49,052 nt of DNA, taken from positions 1 through 49,052 of the forward strand of contig JAOAPL010000108.1 in assembly GCA_025462925.1 (NCBI GenBank). The letters run 5' to 3'. Below, in pieces: positions 8,806-17,942 of this stretch. The number at the start of each line of letters is the position of its first letter. The first letter of the stretch is position 1. The notes beneath the pieces were generated by a model. The model ran no database searches and was not told the origin of the DNA. It saw only the letters and a program-made list of their open reading frames with translations. The stretch is from Acidobacteriaceae bacterium (lineage in GTDB: Bacteria > Acidobacteriota > Terriglobia > Terriglobales > Acidobacteriaceae). The position numbers were made by a program, and so were the translations under genes.

Positions 8806-9489
8806 ATGAAGCGTGTCGTCATCCCCGAATTGCTGGACACCGATCAGGGCAGCCCTGAAGAAGTCGCCGGCTCGCTTGCAGATCTGCGCTGGCTTAATCG
8901 CTATTTCGGGGGGCTGAGCACAACAACAAAACTGCTCTCCTATGTGGCTAGGACGACCGGCCTCAAGCAGATGAGCTTTCTTGATGTTGCCGGTGCTTCC
9001 GGCGATGTTGCTCTCGCAGGTCGCGCGCAATTGAAAGCGCACGGAATCGATTTGGAGGTTGCGGTTCTTGACCGCTCCGCCGCGCATCTTCCCTCATCAC
9101 AGGATCGAAATGGCACGGCTGCAATCGTTGGAGATGCCATGAATATCCCATTCGACGATGCGATATTCGATGTCGTGGGCAGTTCCCTCTTCCTGCACCA
9201 CCTCGAACCCGAGCAAATCGTACGATTCACCAATGAAGCACTCCGCGTTTGTCGATACGCAGTCATCGTGAACGATTTGCGCAGAGATCCGATCCACCTG
9301 GCCGCTGCATACGCTGGAATTCCCGTCTATCGCAGCCGAATCACATCCAATGATGCTCCCGCTTCGGTTCGTAACGCATACACCCCGGAAGAGATGCGGG
9401 AAATACTCCGACAGACCAATGCCGGAAGGCTCGAGTTCAGCCGTCATTACTTCTTCCGCATGGGAATCGTGATGTGGAAACATGACTGA
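8806..9489 (+). CDS. class I SAM-dependent methyltransferase
   Basis: 227 aa. Motif I FLDVAGASGDV, later GDAMNIPFDDAIFDVVGSSLFLHHL. Starts 12 nt after the exporter stop. The 3' end overlaps the next ORF by 8 nt (ATGACTGA). Confidence 0.7.
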   Translation: MKRVVIPELLDTDQGSPEEVAGSLADLRWLNRYFGGLSTTTKLLSYVARTTGLKQMSFLDVAGASGDVALAGRAQLKAHGIDLEVAVLDRSAAHLPSSQDRNGTAAIVGDAMNIPFDDAIFDVVGSSLFLHHLEPEQIVRFTNEALRVCRYAVIVNDLRRDPIHLAAAYAGIPVYRSRITSNDAPASVRNAYTPEEMREILRQTNAGRLEFSRHYFFRMGIVMWKHD

Positions 9490-10570
9490 ACTGTATGACC
9501 TCGCCGTCATTGGGGGAGGCCCCGCCGGATCTGCGGCAGCGATTACGGCCCGCCGGGCAGGCGCGAAGGTTCTGCTGGTAGATCGATCTAGATTTCCCCG
9601 CCAGAAGGTTTGTGGCGAGTTTGTCTCCTCAGAGGCGCTAGGGCTGCTTCGGAATTTGTTGAGCCATGAATTCGGAACACGTTTATTTGAGTCCTCCGTA
9701 TCAATCGCATCGGCCAGGATTTTCTTGGATGGCCAGGTCGTGACTGCACGCGTTCGACCTGCCGCAAACAGCATTCCTCGGTTCGATATGGACCACGCAC
9801 TATGGCATTCAGCCGCAGAGATAGGAGCGCACGTCCATGAACAAACTATCGTTCAGAGCATCGAGGGCGACGGGCCTTTTGAGCTGCGAACTAACAACGG
9901 CTCCTATTCAGCGCGAGGGATTGTCAATGCGACGGGCCGCTGGTCAAATCTGGCGAACGTGGGAGTTCCTACTGGCAGCAAATGGATCGGTGTGAAGGCA
10001 CATTTTGCCGAAGACAAGCCGCCGCAATCTGTAGACCTCTACTTCTCTCCCGCAGGTTACTGCGGCGTGCAACCAGTTAGCGCTGCCGCGGTCAATGTCT
10101 GTGCAATGGTTCGCGCCGACGTCGCTTCTAGTCTGCCTGAGGTGTTCAACTGCGAGACTCGCTTGCGTGAGCGCAGCGTTGGATGGAAACAACTGACGGA
10201 GACCGTCAGCACGTCGCCTCTGATTTTCCGAGATCCCGCGCCGCTCGATGGGAATGTCTTGATGGCCGGCGATGCAGCAGGATTCATCGATCCGTTCGTT
10301 GGAGACGGGATTTCCATGGCACTGCACAGCGGAAGCATGGCGGCTTCATCGTTAATCAGGTTCTTCGATGGAAGTCGCTCGCTGCAAGTAGCAGCGCAGG
10401 ACTATGCAGACTTATACAGGCGGAAGCTGCTCCCCGCCTTCCGCAATGCTGCCCGAATACGCAAGATCGTCTCCGCGCCCTTGGTTCTCCGCAGCGCAGC
10501 ACTAGCTGCGATGAGCTTTCCTCGATTGGCAGAATTCTTGCTGAATAAAACCCGGGCAAGAACCCGCTGA
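9482..10570 (+). CDS. FAD-dependent oxidoreductase, geranylgeranyl-reductase family
   Basis: 362 aa. Dinucleotide fold DLAVIGGGPAGSAAA, QKVCGE cysteine motif and GDAAGFIDPFVGDGI motif, as in GGR/MenJ-like flavoproteins. Confidence 0.8.
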   Translation: MTELYDLAVIGGGPAGSAAAITARRAGAKVLLVDRSRFPRQKVCGEFVSSEALGLLRNLLSHEFGTRLFESSVSIASARIFLDGQVVTARVRPAANSIPRFDMDHALWHSAAEIGAHVHEQTIVQSIEGDGPFELRTNNGSYSARGIVNATGRWSNLANVGVPTGSKWIGVKAHFAEDKPPQSVDLYFSPAGYCGVQPVSAAAVNVCAMVRADVASSLPEVFNCETRLRERSVGWKQLTETVSTSPLIFRDPAPLDGNVLMAGDAAGFIDPFVGDGISMALHSGSMAASSLIRFFDGSRSLQVAAQDYADLYRRKLLPAFRNAARIRKIVSAPLVLRSAALAAMSFPRLAEFLLNKTRARTR

Positions 10571-10572
10571 TC

Positions 10573-11241
10573 TTACCGGACGACCAATACTTCTCTTACG
10601 TTGTCCCGGGCGAGGAAGAATTTGATATTGGAATAATCACGGAAGAGGTTTTCAATGTGCCGATTATTGAAAACACGCTGGAGTCGGAACTGCGGTCCCC
10701 GCTGTAGATCGAGCGAATCTTTGCCCGCAATGTGGTAGCGATAGTAAGGCGCGTCCGGCCCGGCGTCGCGAGTATGGAAGAATGCCAGCAAGACACCACC
10801 CGGCTTAATCACCGATGAAAGACGCTCCACCATCGCTTTGACCAGCGATTCATGCAGGTAATCGGGGATGTCCCACGCAATGACAGCGTCAAACTGTTGC
10901 CCATTGTATTTCAGATTTTCATTCAGGAAGCTTTCCAGATTCACGCTGGTTGAACCGTCTTCGTTCTTAGAGACGAAACTCGGATCCATCGATGCCAGTA
11001 GCACATCCTCGTTATAGACGCGATGGCCCAAGCCGGTAAGATGCGCGATGTTTTGCGGCGAAGTCGGACCCAAGTCAAGAATGCAAAGGTTCTCCTGACC
11101 TGCGAGCATCTTGGTAAGTTCATTCAATCCGCTGGAGTGCCTTTTGGCGCGAACCTCGGCGACGTCGCTGGAAAACTCACCATTCCTAGCCGCTTCACCG
11201 CGAAATAATCTGAAAAAGTTCTGTGCGACTGAAACCATCAC
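10573..11241 (-). CDS. class I SAM-dependent methyltransferase (second, unrelated copy)
   Basis: 222 aa. Motif I CILDLGPTSPQN, VYNEDV acidic loop, AVIAWDIPDYL, KPGGVLLAFF. Lies 24 nt downstream of the bactofilin stop on the same strand. Confidence 0.6.
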   Translation of the reverse strand: MMVSVAQNFFRLFRGEAARNGEFSSDVAEVRAKRHSSGLNELTKMLAGQENLCILDLGPTSPQNIAHLTGLGHRVYNEDVLLASMDPSFVSKNEDGSTSVNLESFLNENLKYNGQQFDAVIAWDIPDYLHESLVKAMVERLSSVIKPGGVLLAFFHTRDAGPDAPYYRYHIAGKDSLDLQRGPQFRLQRVFNNRHIENLFRDYSNIKFFLARDNVREVLVVR

Positions 11242-11265
11242 TCGTGACTTTCACCTTCTCGAATC

Positions 11266-11850
11266 TTAATATTTCTTCTCTTGGATCAGCGAAGCTTGCG
11301 GTGAGAAACCCGAATCACTCGATCCGCTTGCTGGAGACGACACAGCAGCCGCAAACGCCTTCGGCGCCTCTTTTACGGCTGGTGCAGCGGGTTTTCCATC
11401 TTTCTTGATGTCGATTGCACCCTTGAAATACGCGCCGTCCTCGATGACGATGCGCTGCGTGGAGATGTCGCCCATCAAGACTGCCGAACGCTTGAGTTCC
11501 ACGCGCTCAGTCCCGTGGATGTTGCCGTCCACTTTCCCGTGGACAACAACATCTCTCGCCTTCACATTTGCGCGCACCCGTCCATGCGGACCAATCGTCA
11601 AGCTGTGTTCCTGCAGATCGATACTGCCTTCTACTTCGCCATCGAGGTACAAATCTTCGCTGCCGGAAAGTTCACCCTTCACCAACACCGATTTCCCAAT
11701 GTGCGCAACATCAGCTCGAAAATTATCTCCCTGCTTGAACGGTTCCATCGAGCGAGTCTCCTTCTTGATTTCCGGCGTATTTATGGATGATGTGGATGGC
11801 GCTGTAGGCGTGACTGGGGTAGGTCTCTCTTCTTTAACAGATTTCCACAT
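11266..11850 (-). CDS. bactofilin (DUF583 polymer-forming cytoskeletal protein)
   Basis: ATG 11850 with GGAG 8 nt upstream. Central beta-helical repeat region (VLVKGELSGSEDLYLDGEVEGSIDLQEHSLTIGPHGRVRANVKARDVVVHGKVDGNIHGTERVELKRSAVLMGDISTQRIVIEDGAYFKGAID) flanked by P/S/T/A-rich tails. Confidence 0.85.
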   Translation of the reverse strand: MWKSVKEERPTPVTPTAPSTSSINTPEIKKETRSMEPFKQGDNFRADVAHIGKSVLVKGELSGSEDLYLDGEVEGSIDLQEHSLTIGPHGRVRANVKARDVVVHGKVDGNIHGTERVELKRSAVLMGDISTQRIVIEDGAYFKGAIDIKKDGKPAAPAVKEAPKAFAAAVSSPASGSSDSGFSPQASLIQEKKY

Positions 11851-12087
11851 GTGCGAATCTCCGATATCAGTGCGCATCCAGTTTTTGGTAGCCTCGGCTG
11901 AGTGCCCCGTTAAGGCTGCAAACTACCGGATGAGAATAGGTTACGGAGAATATACTTAACCGCGGGCGAACCTGCAATGAGGTTTTTGTATCATTTTGCG
12001 ATTTTTATCCACAAGAACCAAGTTGCACATTATCCAGTGCAATCGCGTCGCGACGATAGCTGATCACCCTCGGGATACAATTACTTC

Positions 12088-12822
12088 ATGGTCGACGTCC
12101 ATTGTCACATTCTTCCCAACGTCGATGATGGCTCCAAGAGTTGGGAAATGTCAGAGGAGATGTGCCGCGTCGCCGTGAAGGACGGTATCCGACACATCGT
12201 TTGCACACCGCACGCCAACGATGATTATCGCTATGACCGTCCGCAGCTTCAGCTTGCCCTTCAGCAGTTAAAAAAAATTGCAGGAGACTCTCTGACCTTC
12301 AGCCTTGGCTGTGATTTCCATTTCTCTTACGACAATATTCAGCTCGCTCTCGAGGACCCTGACAAGTTCGTGATCAGCGGTACCGACTATCTGTTGGTCG
12401 AGTTCAGCGATTACGCCATTTCACCCGCTGTCACAGATTCCCTGATGCGTTTTTCCGCAATGGGTATCCGTCCAGTGATCACGCATCCTGAAAGAAACCT
12501 GATGATGCAGCGATGTCCCGATCACGTCATCCGGTTTGCCGAAAATAATTGCGTGATCCAAGTCACTGCGAATTCGTTGACTGGACATTGGGGTGAAGGG
12601 CCGAAGAAAATGGCGCGCTGGTTGCTCGATCACGATGCCGTGCACGTCATAGCCTCTGATGCGCACGACCCAAGTTTTCGTCCGCCTATACTTTCCAAAG
12701 CTTACGACGTGGTTGCGGAGGCCTACGACGATGATTTGGCCCGCGCTCTGGTCAATGACAATCCTGCCGCAATCGTTCGCGGTCTGCCGCTTCCCTACTT
12801 TCCTCAGCCGTTGAAGAAATAG
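12088..12822 (+). CDS. PHP-type protein-tyrosine phosphatase (CpsB/CapC/YwqE family)
   Basis: 244 aa. MVDVHCHILPNVDDG, CTPHAN, THPERN and ASDAHD metal-binding motifs characteristic of CpsB-type phosphatases. Confidence 0.85.
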   Translation: MVDVHCHILPNVDDGSKSWEMSEEMCRVAVKDGIRHIVCTPHANDDYRYDRPQLQLALQQLKKIAGDSLTFSLGCDFHFSYDNIQLALEDPDKFVISGTDYLLVEFSDYAISPAVTDSLMRFSAMGIRPVITHPERNLMMQRCPDHVIRFAENNCVIQVTANSLTGHWGEGPKKMARWLLDHDAVHVIASDAHDPSFRPPILSKAYDVVAEAYDDDLARALVNDNPAAIVRGLPLPYFPQPLKK

Positions 12823-12938
12823 CTGCACAAGACGGCAGTTATTTGCGTTTCCAACCGGGCCAAAATGGGATATAAAACCGTATCGCCAATTCCCCCTGAA
12901 CATGAAGCCGTAAAGACCGCCCTGCAGGAGGGGCCTTG

Positions 12939-15900
12939 ATGGGCACCAAGCCCAAACGAACTTTATCCTCGAAAAAAAAGGAGAAGGCCTCGCCTCTGAC
13001 TAACTCGGCGTCGGATAGCAACCCCGTCACGATTCCCGCAAACGGTTCCTCTAAATCCCAACGCTCCAAGTCTTCAAAATCCGGGGCAAACAAAACTGAG
13101 CAATCGTTTGGGTCCACGATTGAGGACCTGCGAGACGCCATCGAGTTTGCGAGCGACGTGATTTACACCCACGATCTTGAAGGCAACTTCACTTCCAGCA
13201 ATGCCACGGCTGTCCGTATCTTCGGATACTCATCCGAAGAAACTCTCCGGATGAATATCACAGACCTCTTGCCCCCGGAAGAACTTCCCCGAGCAAGGCA
13301 AGCCACCGCAGCGAAAATTGCCGGGAAGCCTTATCCAAATCCATATCCAATCCGGGTGAAGGCTAAGGACGGACGCATCGTCCACCTCGAGCTCGGCACT
13401 CGTCTCATTCTCAAGGACGGAGTGCCTGTGGGTGTTCAAGGCATAGGACGGGACATCTCCGAACGCATTCTGGCCGAAGCTGCACTGCATGAGAGTGAAT
13501 CCAAGTTCCGCGCAGTGGCTGAGAGTGCGCCCTGTGCAATCATCATCTTTCGCGAGAACAAATTGCTGTACGTCAATCCAGCCGCAACCCAACTCACCGG
13601 TTATTCGCTACCCGAATTGCTGGCTCTGGATCCATTTTGGAAGATCGCAGCACCGGAATTCCGCGCACCGCTTGCGAAACGTGTGGCGGAACGGATGGCA
13701 GGCAGCCCTCTAACCGATCACCACGAATTCAGGATCATTCATAAGAGCGGCGCAGAACGCTGGATGGACTTCACCGCCAACACAATCGAGTATCAGGGAC
13801 AGCCCGCCGCAGTCGTGCTGATCTTCGACATCACCGAACGCAAGCGGGCCGAGCAAGCCTTGGCGCAAAGCGAGCAGTTGTTCCGTACGGTGATTGAAAA
13901 CTCCTCGGATGTGATCAGCGTCCTAAGCCCGGAAGGCATCATCCAGTATGAAAGCCCGTCGCTCGAACGCCTGATGGGATTCAATCCACAGGAACTCGTG
14001 GGCAAGAATGGCTTCGATCTGGTCCATCCTGAAGACCGCGAACTGATCATCGGCAAATTCAAACGGCGCCTAAGCAGCACTTCTGCAATCACTCCCACTG
14101 AACTGCGATTGCTAAATAAAGACGGCCGCTGGACACCCTTTGAAGCCGTTAGCAATCTTCTCTACGAGAATGGCCAGGTTTCCGGGATGTTAGTCAGCTT
14201 CCGGGACATCAGAGATCGATTGCGACAGCAAGCAGAATTGCGTGTCTCAGAGGAACGTTTTCGACAACTATTCGAGCGCAATATGGCCGGGGTCTTCCGC
14301 TGCACCACCGATGGCAAATTCGTCGCATGTAATGAAGCCTTTGCATACATCTTCGGCTATAACTCGCCTGAAGAACTTGAAGGACAATCTTCCTGGCAAC
14401 TCTCAGTGGATGAGGATCGCCGCAAAGCATTTATTGCCAGGCTTCGCAGAGAAAAGCAGATCACAAATCTTGAAGATCAGCTCTTGCGCAGAGACGGAAG
14501 CATCATCTGGGTGCTGGAAAATGTTGCCATACTTCCCGCAACCGCCAGCCAACCCGAAATGTTTGAAGGCACCCTGATCGACATCACTGAACGCAAGCGC
14601 ACGGAATCCAAGATGAAGCTTTCCGAGGAGCGCTATCGACAGTTGTTTGAAAGAAATCTTGCCGGCGTTTACGTCAGCACACTAGCCGGAGAACTGCTCG
14701 ACTGCAATGATTCATTTGCGCACATTTACGGCTACGCATCCCGTGAGGAGGTGCTAAAGGTTCCGGCGTTGAATTTTTATATCGCAGAAGCAGACCGCAC
14801 AAAGTTTATGAACCGGCTGCGCGAGTCAAATGTATTGACCAATGTTGAAACGCTCACCCGACGTAAGGACGGTGCCCCGATATGGGTGTTGGAGAATGTT
14901 GCGCTGATCAAGGGCAACAGTGATGCGCCTGACACGATACAAGGAACACTGGTGGACATCACCGAGCGAAAATACGCAGAACATGCGCTTATCGAAAGCG
15001 AAAGCAAGTTCCGCGCCGTAGCTGATACCGCTTCTTCGGCCATCTACATCCACAACAACCAGCGCTTCCTTTATGTGAATCGCGCCTCGGAAGAGATCAG
15101 CGGATACACCTCCCAGGAACTCATGAAAATGAACCCGTTCGACGTGGTCTTTCCCGCGGACCACGAGCTGGTCATTTCCCGAGCGAATCAGCGTTTTCAC
15201 GGCGATTCGACTCCTGACCGCTATGAATATCGAATTCTTACAAGAAGCAAAGAAGTCCGCTGGGTGGACTTCAGTGCAAGTGCTATCCAATTCGGCGGCG
15301 AAGACGCCATCATCGGGACAGCGTTTGACATCACTGAGCGCAAACGAGTGGAGCAGATGCAGGCTGCGCTCTACCGAATCGCCGATCAGGCCAATGCCGC
15401 TCAGGACTTGGAAGAGTTCTTCGCGGCAGTGCACCACATCATTGGCGAACTGATTCATGCCAAGAACTTTTACATCGCTCTATATGACACCGAATCCAAG
15501 CTGGTGACCTATCCCTACTATGTCGACGAACAGGACGCCGCGCCGATTGGGACGTTTCCTCTCGGCAACGGCCTTACCGAATACGTCCTGCGGTTGAATC
15601 GTCCAGTGCTTATGCGGCCGGAGTTGATGGAACAGCTTAAGGCGGAAGGTGAGGTCGACCTGGTTGGATCCATGTTTGTGGATTGGATCGGCGCTCCGTT
15701 AAGGAGCGTTAATCAGACATTTGGCGTGATTGTGACGCAGACTTACAATCACGATGTCCGCTATGGTGAAAATGAGCTCGAAGTCCTGAATTTCGTCTCC
15801 CAGCATCTGGCCAGCGCAATTCTCCGCAAGCGCAACGAAGAAGCTCTGCGCGATTCGGAACAACGTCACCGCTCCATCGTGCAGAGCGCCGTCTATGGGA

Positions 15901-17378
15901 TATACAGGTCCAGCACGGACGACACATTCTTGGAAGTGAATCCCGCGATCGTAAATATGCTCGGCTACGATTCCGCTTCAGAAGTGTTGGGACTAAGCCT
16001 TTCCAGGGACGTTTATGCCGACGAGACTGAGCGCGTAAGGCTCATTCAGCAATATGGTCGTCAGGACCGGCTGGAGAACATTGAAGTCAAATGGAAGCGC
16101 AAGGACGGAAAGCCAATCACCGTCCGCTTGAGCGGACATGCGGTAATGAACGCTCAGGGCGAGGTCGAAGGCTTCGAAATGATCACTGAGGACGTCACCG
16201 AGCGGCGCGCGCTGGAAGAACAATTGCGGCAGTCGCAAAAAATGGAGGCCGTGGGACGGTTGGCAGGCGGTGTCGCTCACGACTTCAACAATTTGTTGAC
16301 CGTCATCAAAGGCTATAGCGAGTTGATGCTGGATGAACTTAAAGAGGCCGATCCGCTGCGTAGCGAGGTGGAGGAGATCAAGAAAGCCGCCGACCGCGCA
16401 GCCGGCCTCACGCGGCAACTCCTGGCGTTTAGTCGCCAACAGGTTCTCGCGCCAAAAGTCCTGGACTTGAACTCCGTCGTCGGCAACATGGACAAGTTGC
16501 TGAAGCGTCTCCTCGGCGAGGACATCAGCCTCTACACGGCTCTCGAACCTGGTGTTGGTCGCGTTAAAGCCGATCCTGGACAAGTGGAACAAGTCATCAT
16601 GAATCTCGCAGTGAACGCGCGCGACGCGATGCCTCGCGGCGGCAAACTCACAGTTGAAACGGCAAATGTCGATCTCGACGAGAGTTATGCCCACGAACAC
16701 ATGGGATCCAAGCCCGGTCGCTATGTCATGCTCGCGGTAAGTGATACAGGCACCGGGATGACTCCGCAGGTGCGCCAAAGAATTTTCGAGCCTTTCTTCA
16801 CCACGAAAGAGCTTGGAAAAGGCACCGGGTTGGGACTTTCTACGGTCTACGGCATCGTGAAGCAGAGTGAAGGCTACATCTGGGTGTACAGCGAAGTTGG
16901 CGTTGGAACATCTTTTAAGGTCTATCTTCCACGTGTAGATGCTCCCGCAGAACTGGGACAAAATCGGCCTCTCTCCAAGGCCGCTTATCGTGGTACTGAG
17001 ACCGTTCTACTGGTGGAAGATGAAGATGGCGTGCGCGCACTCGTCAGGCAAGTGCTTCATAAACACGGATACACGGTCCTGGAAGCGCGGCACGGCGGCG
17101 AGGCGCTACTTCATTGCGAGCGTCACCGCGGCGAGATCGAACTCTTATTGACTGATGTTGTGCTTGAGCAGATGAGCGGAACTGAACTGTCCGCAAGGCT
17201 TGCAACGATACGGCCGGACATGAAAGTTCTTTACATCTCCGGTTACACTGACGATGCCATCGTCCATCATGGCGTGCTTACTCAGGGAACCCACTTCCTG
17301 CAGAAGCCCTTCACCACTGAGGCCCTAGCCAAGAAAATCCGACATGTTCTCGACAGCGAACAAGGAAACGGTGGGTAA
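12939..17378 (+). CDS. soluble hybrid sensor histidine kinase: K/S-rich tail, 7 PAS, 1 GAF, HisKA, HATPase_c, REC
   Basis: ATG 12939 with GGAGG 7 nt upstream. No TM segments are visible. PAS modules each end in D[IV][TS]ER[KR] (DISERI, DITERKRAE, ..., DVTERRALE). GAF spans about aa 810-965. H-box GGVAHDFNNLL. N/G boxes NLAVNARDAM and GTGLGLS. Receiver domain VLLVEDEDG...LLLTDVVL...LQKPF. Confidence 0.9.
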   Translation: MGTKPKRTLSSKKKEKASPLTNSASDSNPVTIPANGSSKSQRSKSSKSGANKTEQSFGSTIEDLRDAIEFASDVIYTHDLEGNFTSSNATAVRIFGYSSEETLRMNITDLLPPEELPRARQATAAKIAGKPYPNPYPIRVKAKDGRIVHLELGTRLILKDGVPVGVQGIGRDISERILAEAALHESESKFRAVAESAPCAIIIFRENKLLYVNPAATQLTGYSLPELLALDPFWKIAAPEFRAPLAKRVAERMAGSPLTDHHEFRIIHKSGAERWMDFTANTIEYQGQPAAVVLIFDITERKRAEQALAQSEQLFRTVIENSSDVISVLSPEGIIQYESPSLERLMGFNPQELVGKNGFDLVHPEDRELIIGKFKRRLSSTSAITPTELRLLNKDGRWTPFEAVSNLLYENGQVSGMLVSFRDIRDRLRQQAELRVSEERFRQLFERNMAGVFRCTTDGKFVACNEAFAYIFGYNSPEELEGQSSWQLSVDEDRRKAFIARLRREKQITNLEDQLLRRDGSIIWVLENVAILPATASQPEMFEGTLIDITERKRTESKMKLSEERYRQLFERNLAGVYVSTLAGELLDCNDSFAHIYGYASREEVLKVPALNFYIAEADRTKFMNRLRESNVLTNVETLTRRKDGAPIWVLENVALIKGNSDAPDTIQGTLVDITERKYAEHALIESESKFRAVADTASSAIYIHNNQRFLYVNRASEEISGYTSQELMKMNPFDVVFPADHELVISRANQRFHGDSTPDRYEYRILTRSKEVRWVDFSASAIQFGGEDAIIGTAFDITERKRVEQMQAALYRIADQANAAQDLEEFFAAVHHIIGELIHAKNFYIALYDTESKLVTYPYYVDEQDAAPIGTFPLGNGLTEYVLRLNRPVLMRPELMEQLKAEGEVDLVGSMFVDWIGAPLRSVNQTFGVIVTQTYNHDVRYGENELEVLNFVSQHLASAILRKRNEEALRDSEQRHRSIVQSAVYGIYRSSTDDTFLEVNPAIVNMLGYDSASEVLGLSLSRDVYADETERVRLIQQYGRQDRLENIEVKWKRKDGKPITVRLSGHAVMNAQGEVEGFEMITEDVTERRALEEQLRQSQKMEAVGRLAGGVAHDFNNLLTVIKGYSELMLDELKEADPLRSEVEEIKKAADRAAGLTRQLLAFSRQQVLAPKVLDLNSVVGNMDKLLKRLLGEDISLYTALEPGVGRVKADPGQVEQVIMNLAVNARDAMPRGGKLTVETANVDLDESYAHEHMGSKPGRYVMLAVSDTGTGMTPQVRQRIFEPFFTTKELGKGTGLGLSTVYGIVKQSEGYIWVYSEVGVGTSFKVYLPRVDAPAELGQNRPLSKAAYRGTETVLLVEDEDGVRALVRQVLHKHGYTVLEARHGGEALLHCERHRGEIELLLTDVVLEQMSGTELSARLATIRPDMKVLYISGYTDDAIVHHGVLTQGTHFLQKPFTTEALAKKIRHVLDSEQGNGG

Positions 17379-17379
17379 T

Positions 17380-17850
17380 CTACTGACGCAATGCTACTGC
17401 CGAAGGCATGGCTGCGGTCTCAGGATTCAGCAGATTTTCATGGTTCGGTCCCAATCCCAATTTAATCAGGGCGCGTGAATCCGGGACTATCTTCGTTTGC
17501 CATCCATTTTGTTCCTGCAGCTTTATCAGTGCCTGCCGCGTTGGCCCGTCCATCTGTCCCGTTGGTTCTCCGGTCAGGTACTTTTCACGGATCAAAGCTG
17601 CCTGTATTTCCCGTGTGCGGTCATCCGAAATGCTCTTCTGTCCTTTGGCTTGCCAAGCCTTCTTCCCTTTGCCCTTTTTCAAGGACTTCGAAGATTTGGA
17701 ACTGGTCTTATGGGTCTTCGCTTTAGCAGTGGATTTGTGTTGAGGAGTCTTGCTGGAGGCAGAAGTCCTGGCCCAGATGGAAACGGGTAATAAGAATGTA
17801 AATAGGGTTGCAACGAGAATGAAAATGAAAGGGATACGGGAAAATCGCAA
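17380..17850 (-). CDS. secreted peptidoglycan-binding (PG_binding_1-like) protein with Lys/Ser-rich tract
   Basis: 156 aa. Signal peptide MRFSRIPFIFILVATLFTFLLPVSIWA, K/S-rich tract, then IQAALIREKYLTGEPTGQMDGPTRQALIKLQEQNGWQ resembling the PG-binding repeat. Confidence 0.6.
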   Translation of the reverse strand: MRFSRIPFIFILVATLFTFLLPVSIWARTSASSKTPQHKSTAKAKTHKTSSKSSKSLKKGKGKKAWQAKGQKSISDDRTREIQAALIREKYLTGEPTGQMDGPTRQALIKLQEQNGWQTKIVPDSRALIKLGLGPNHENLLNPETAAMPSAVALRQ

Positions 17851-17942
17851 ACCGGCACCTCAGCACACGCAATCAGTGAACTTAGATAGTACTCGCGTCC
17901 AGCAGGGTTGCGTTGTTTGCACCCCCACAAATCAGGCTAGAA

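Noticed and set aside
9097-9774. Other long shadow ORFs (for example 9097-9774, 14826-15458, 20643-21254, 21634-22287, 21876-22670, 33089-33736, 34760-35290, 4152-4655, 6102-6683)
   Set aside because: All lie fully inside stronger, motif-bearing genes on the other strand or in another frame. They show a skewed Arg/Pro/Ser composition and lack start context.
15993-16961. 322-aa ORF antisense to the HisKA/HATPase part of the kinase gene
   Set aside because: The plus-strand frame carries unmistakable H-box, N-box and G-box motifs. The antisense translation is Arg/Leu/His-rich with no recognisable motif, as expected for a shadow ORF in GC-rich DNA.
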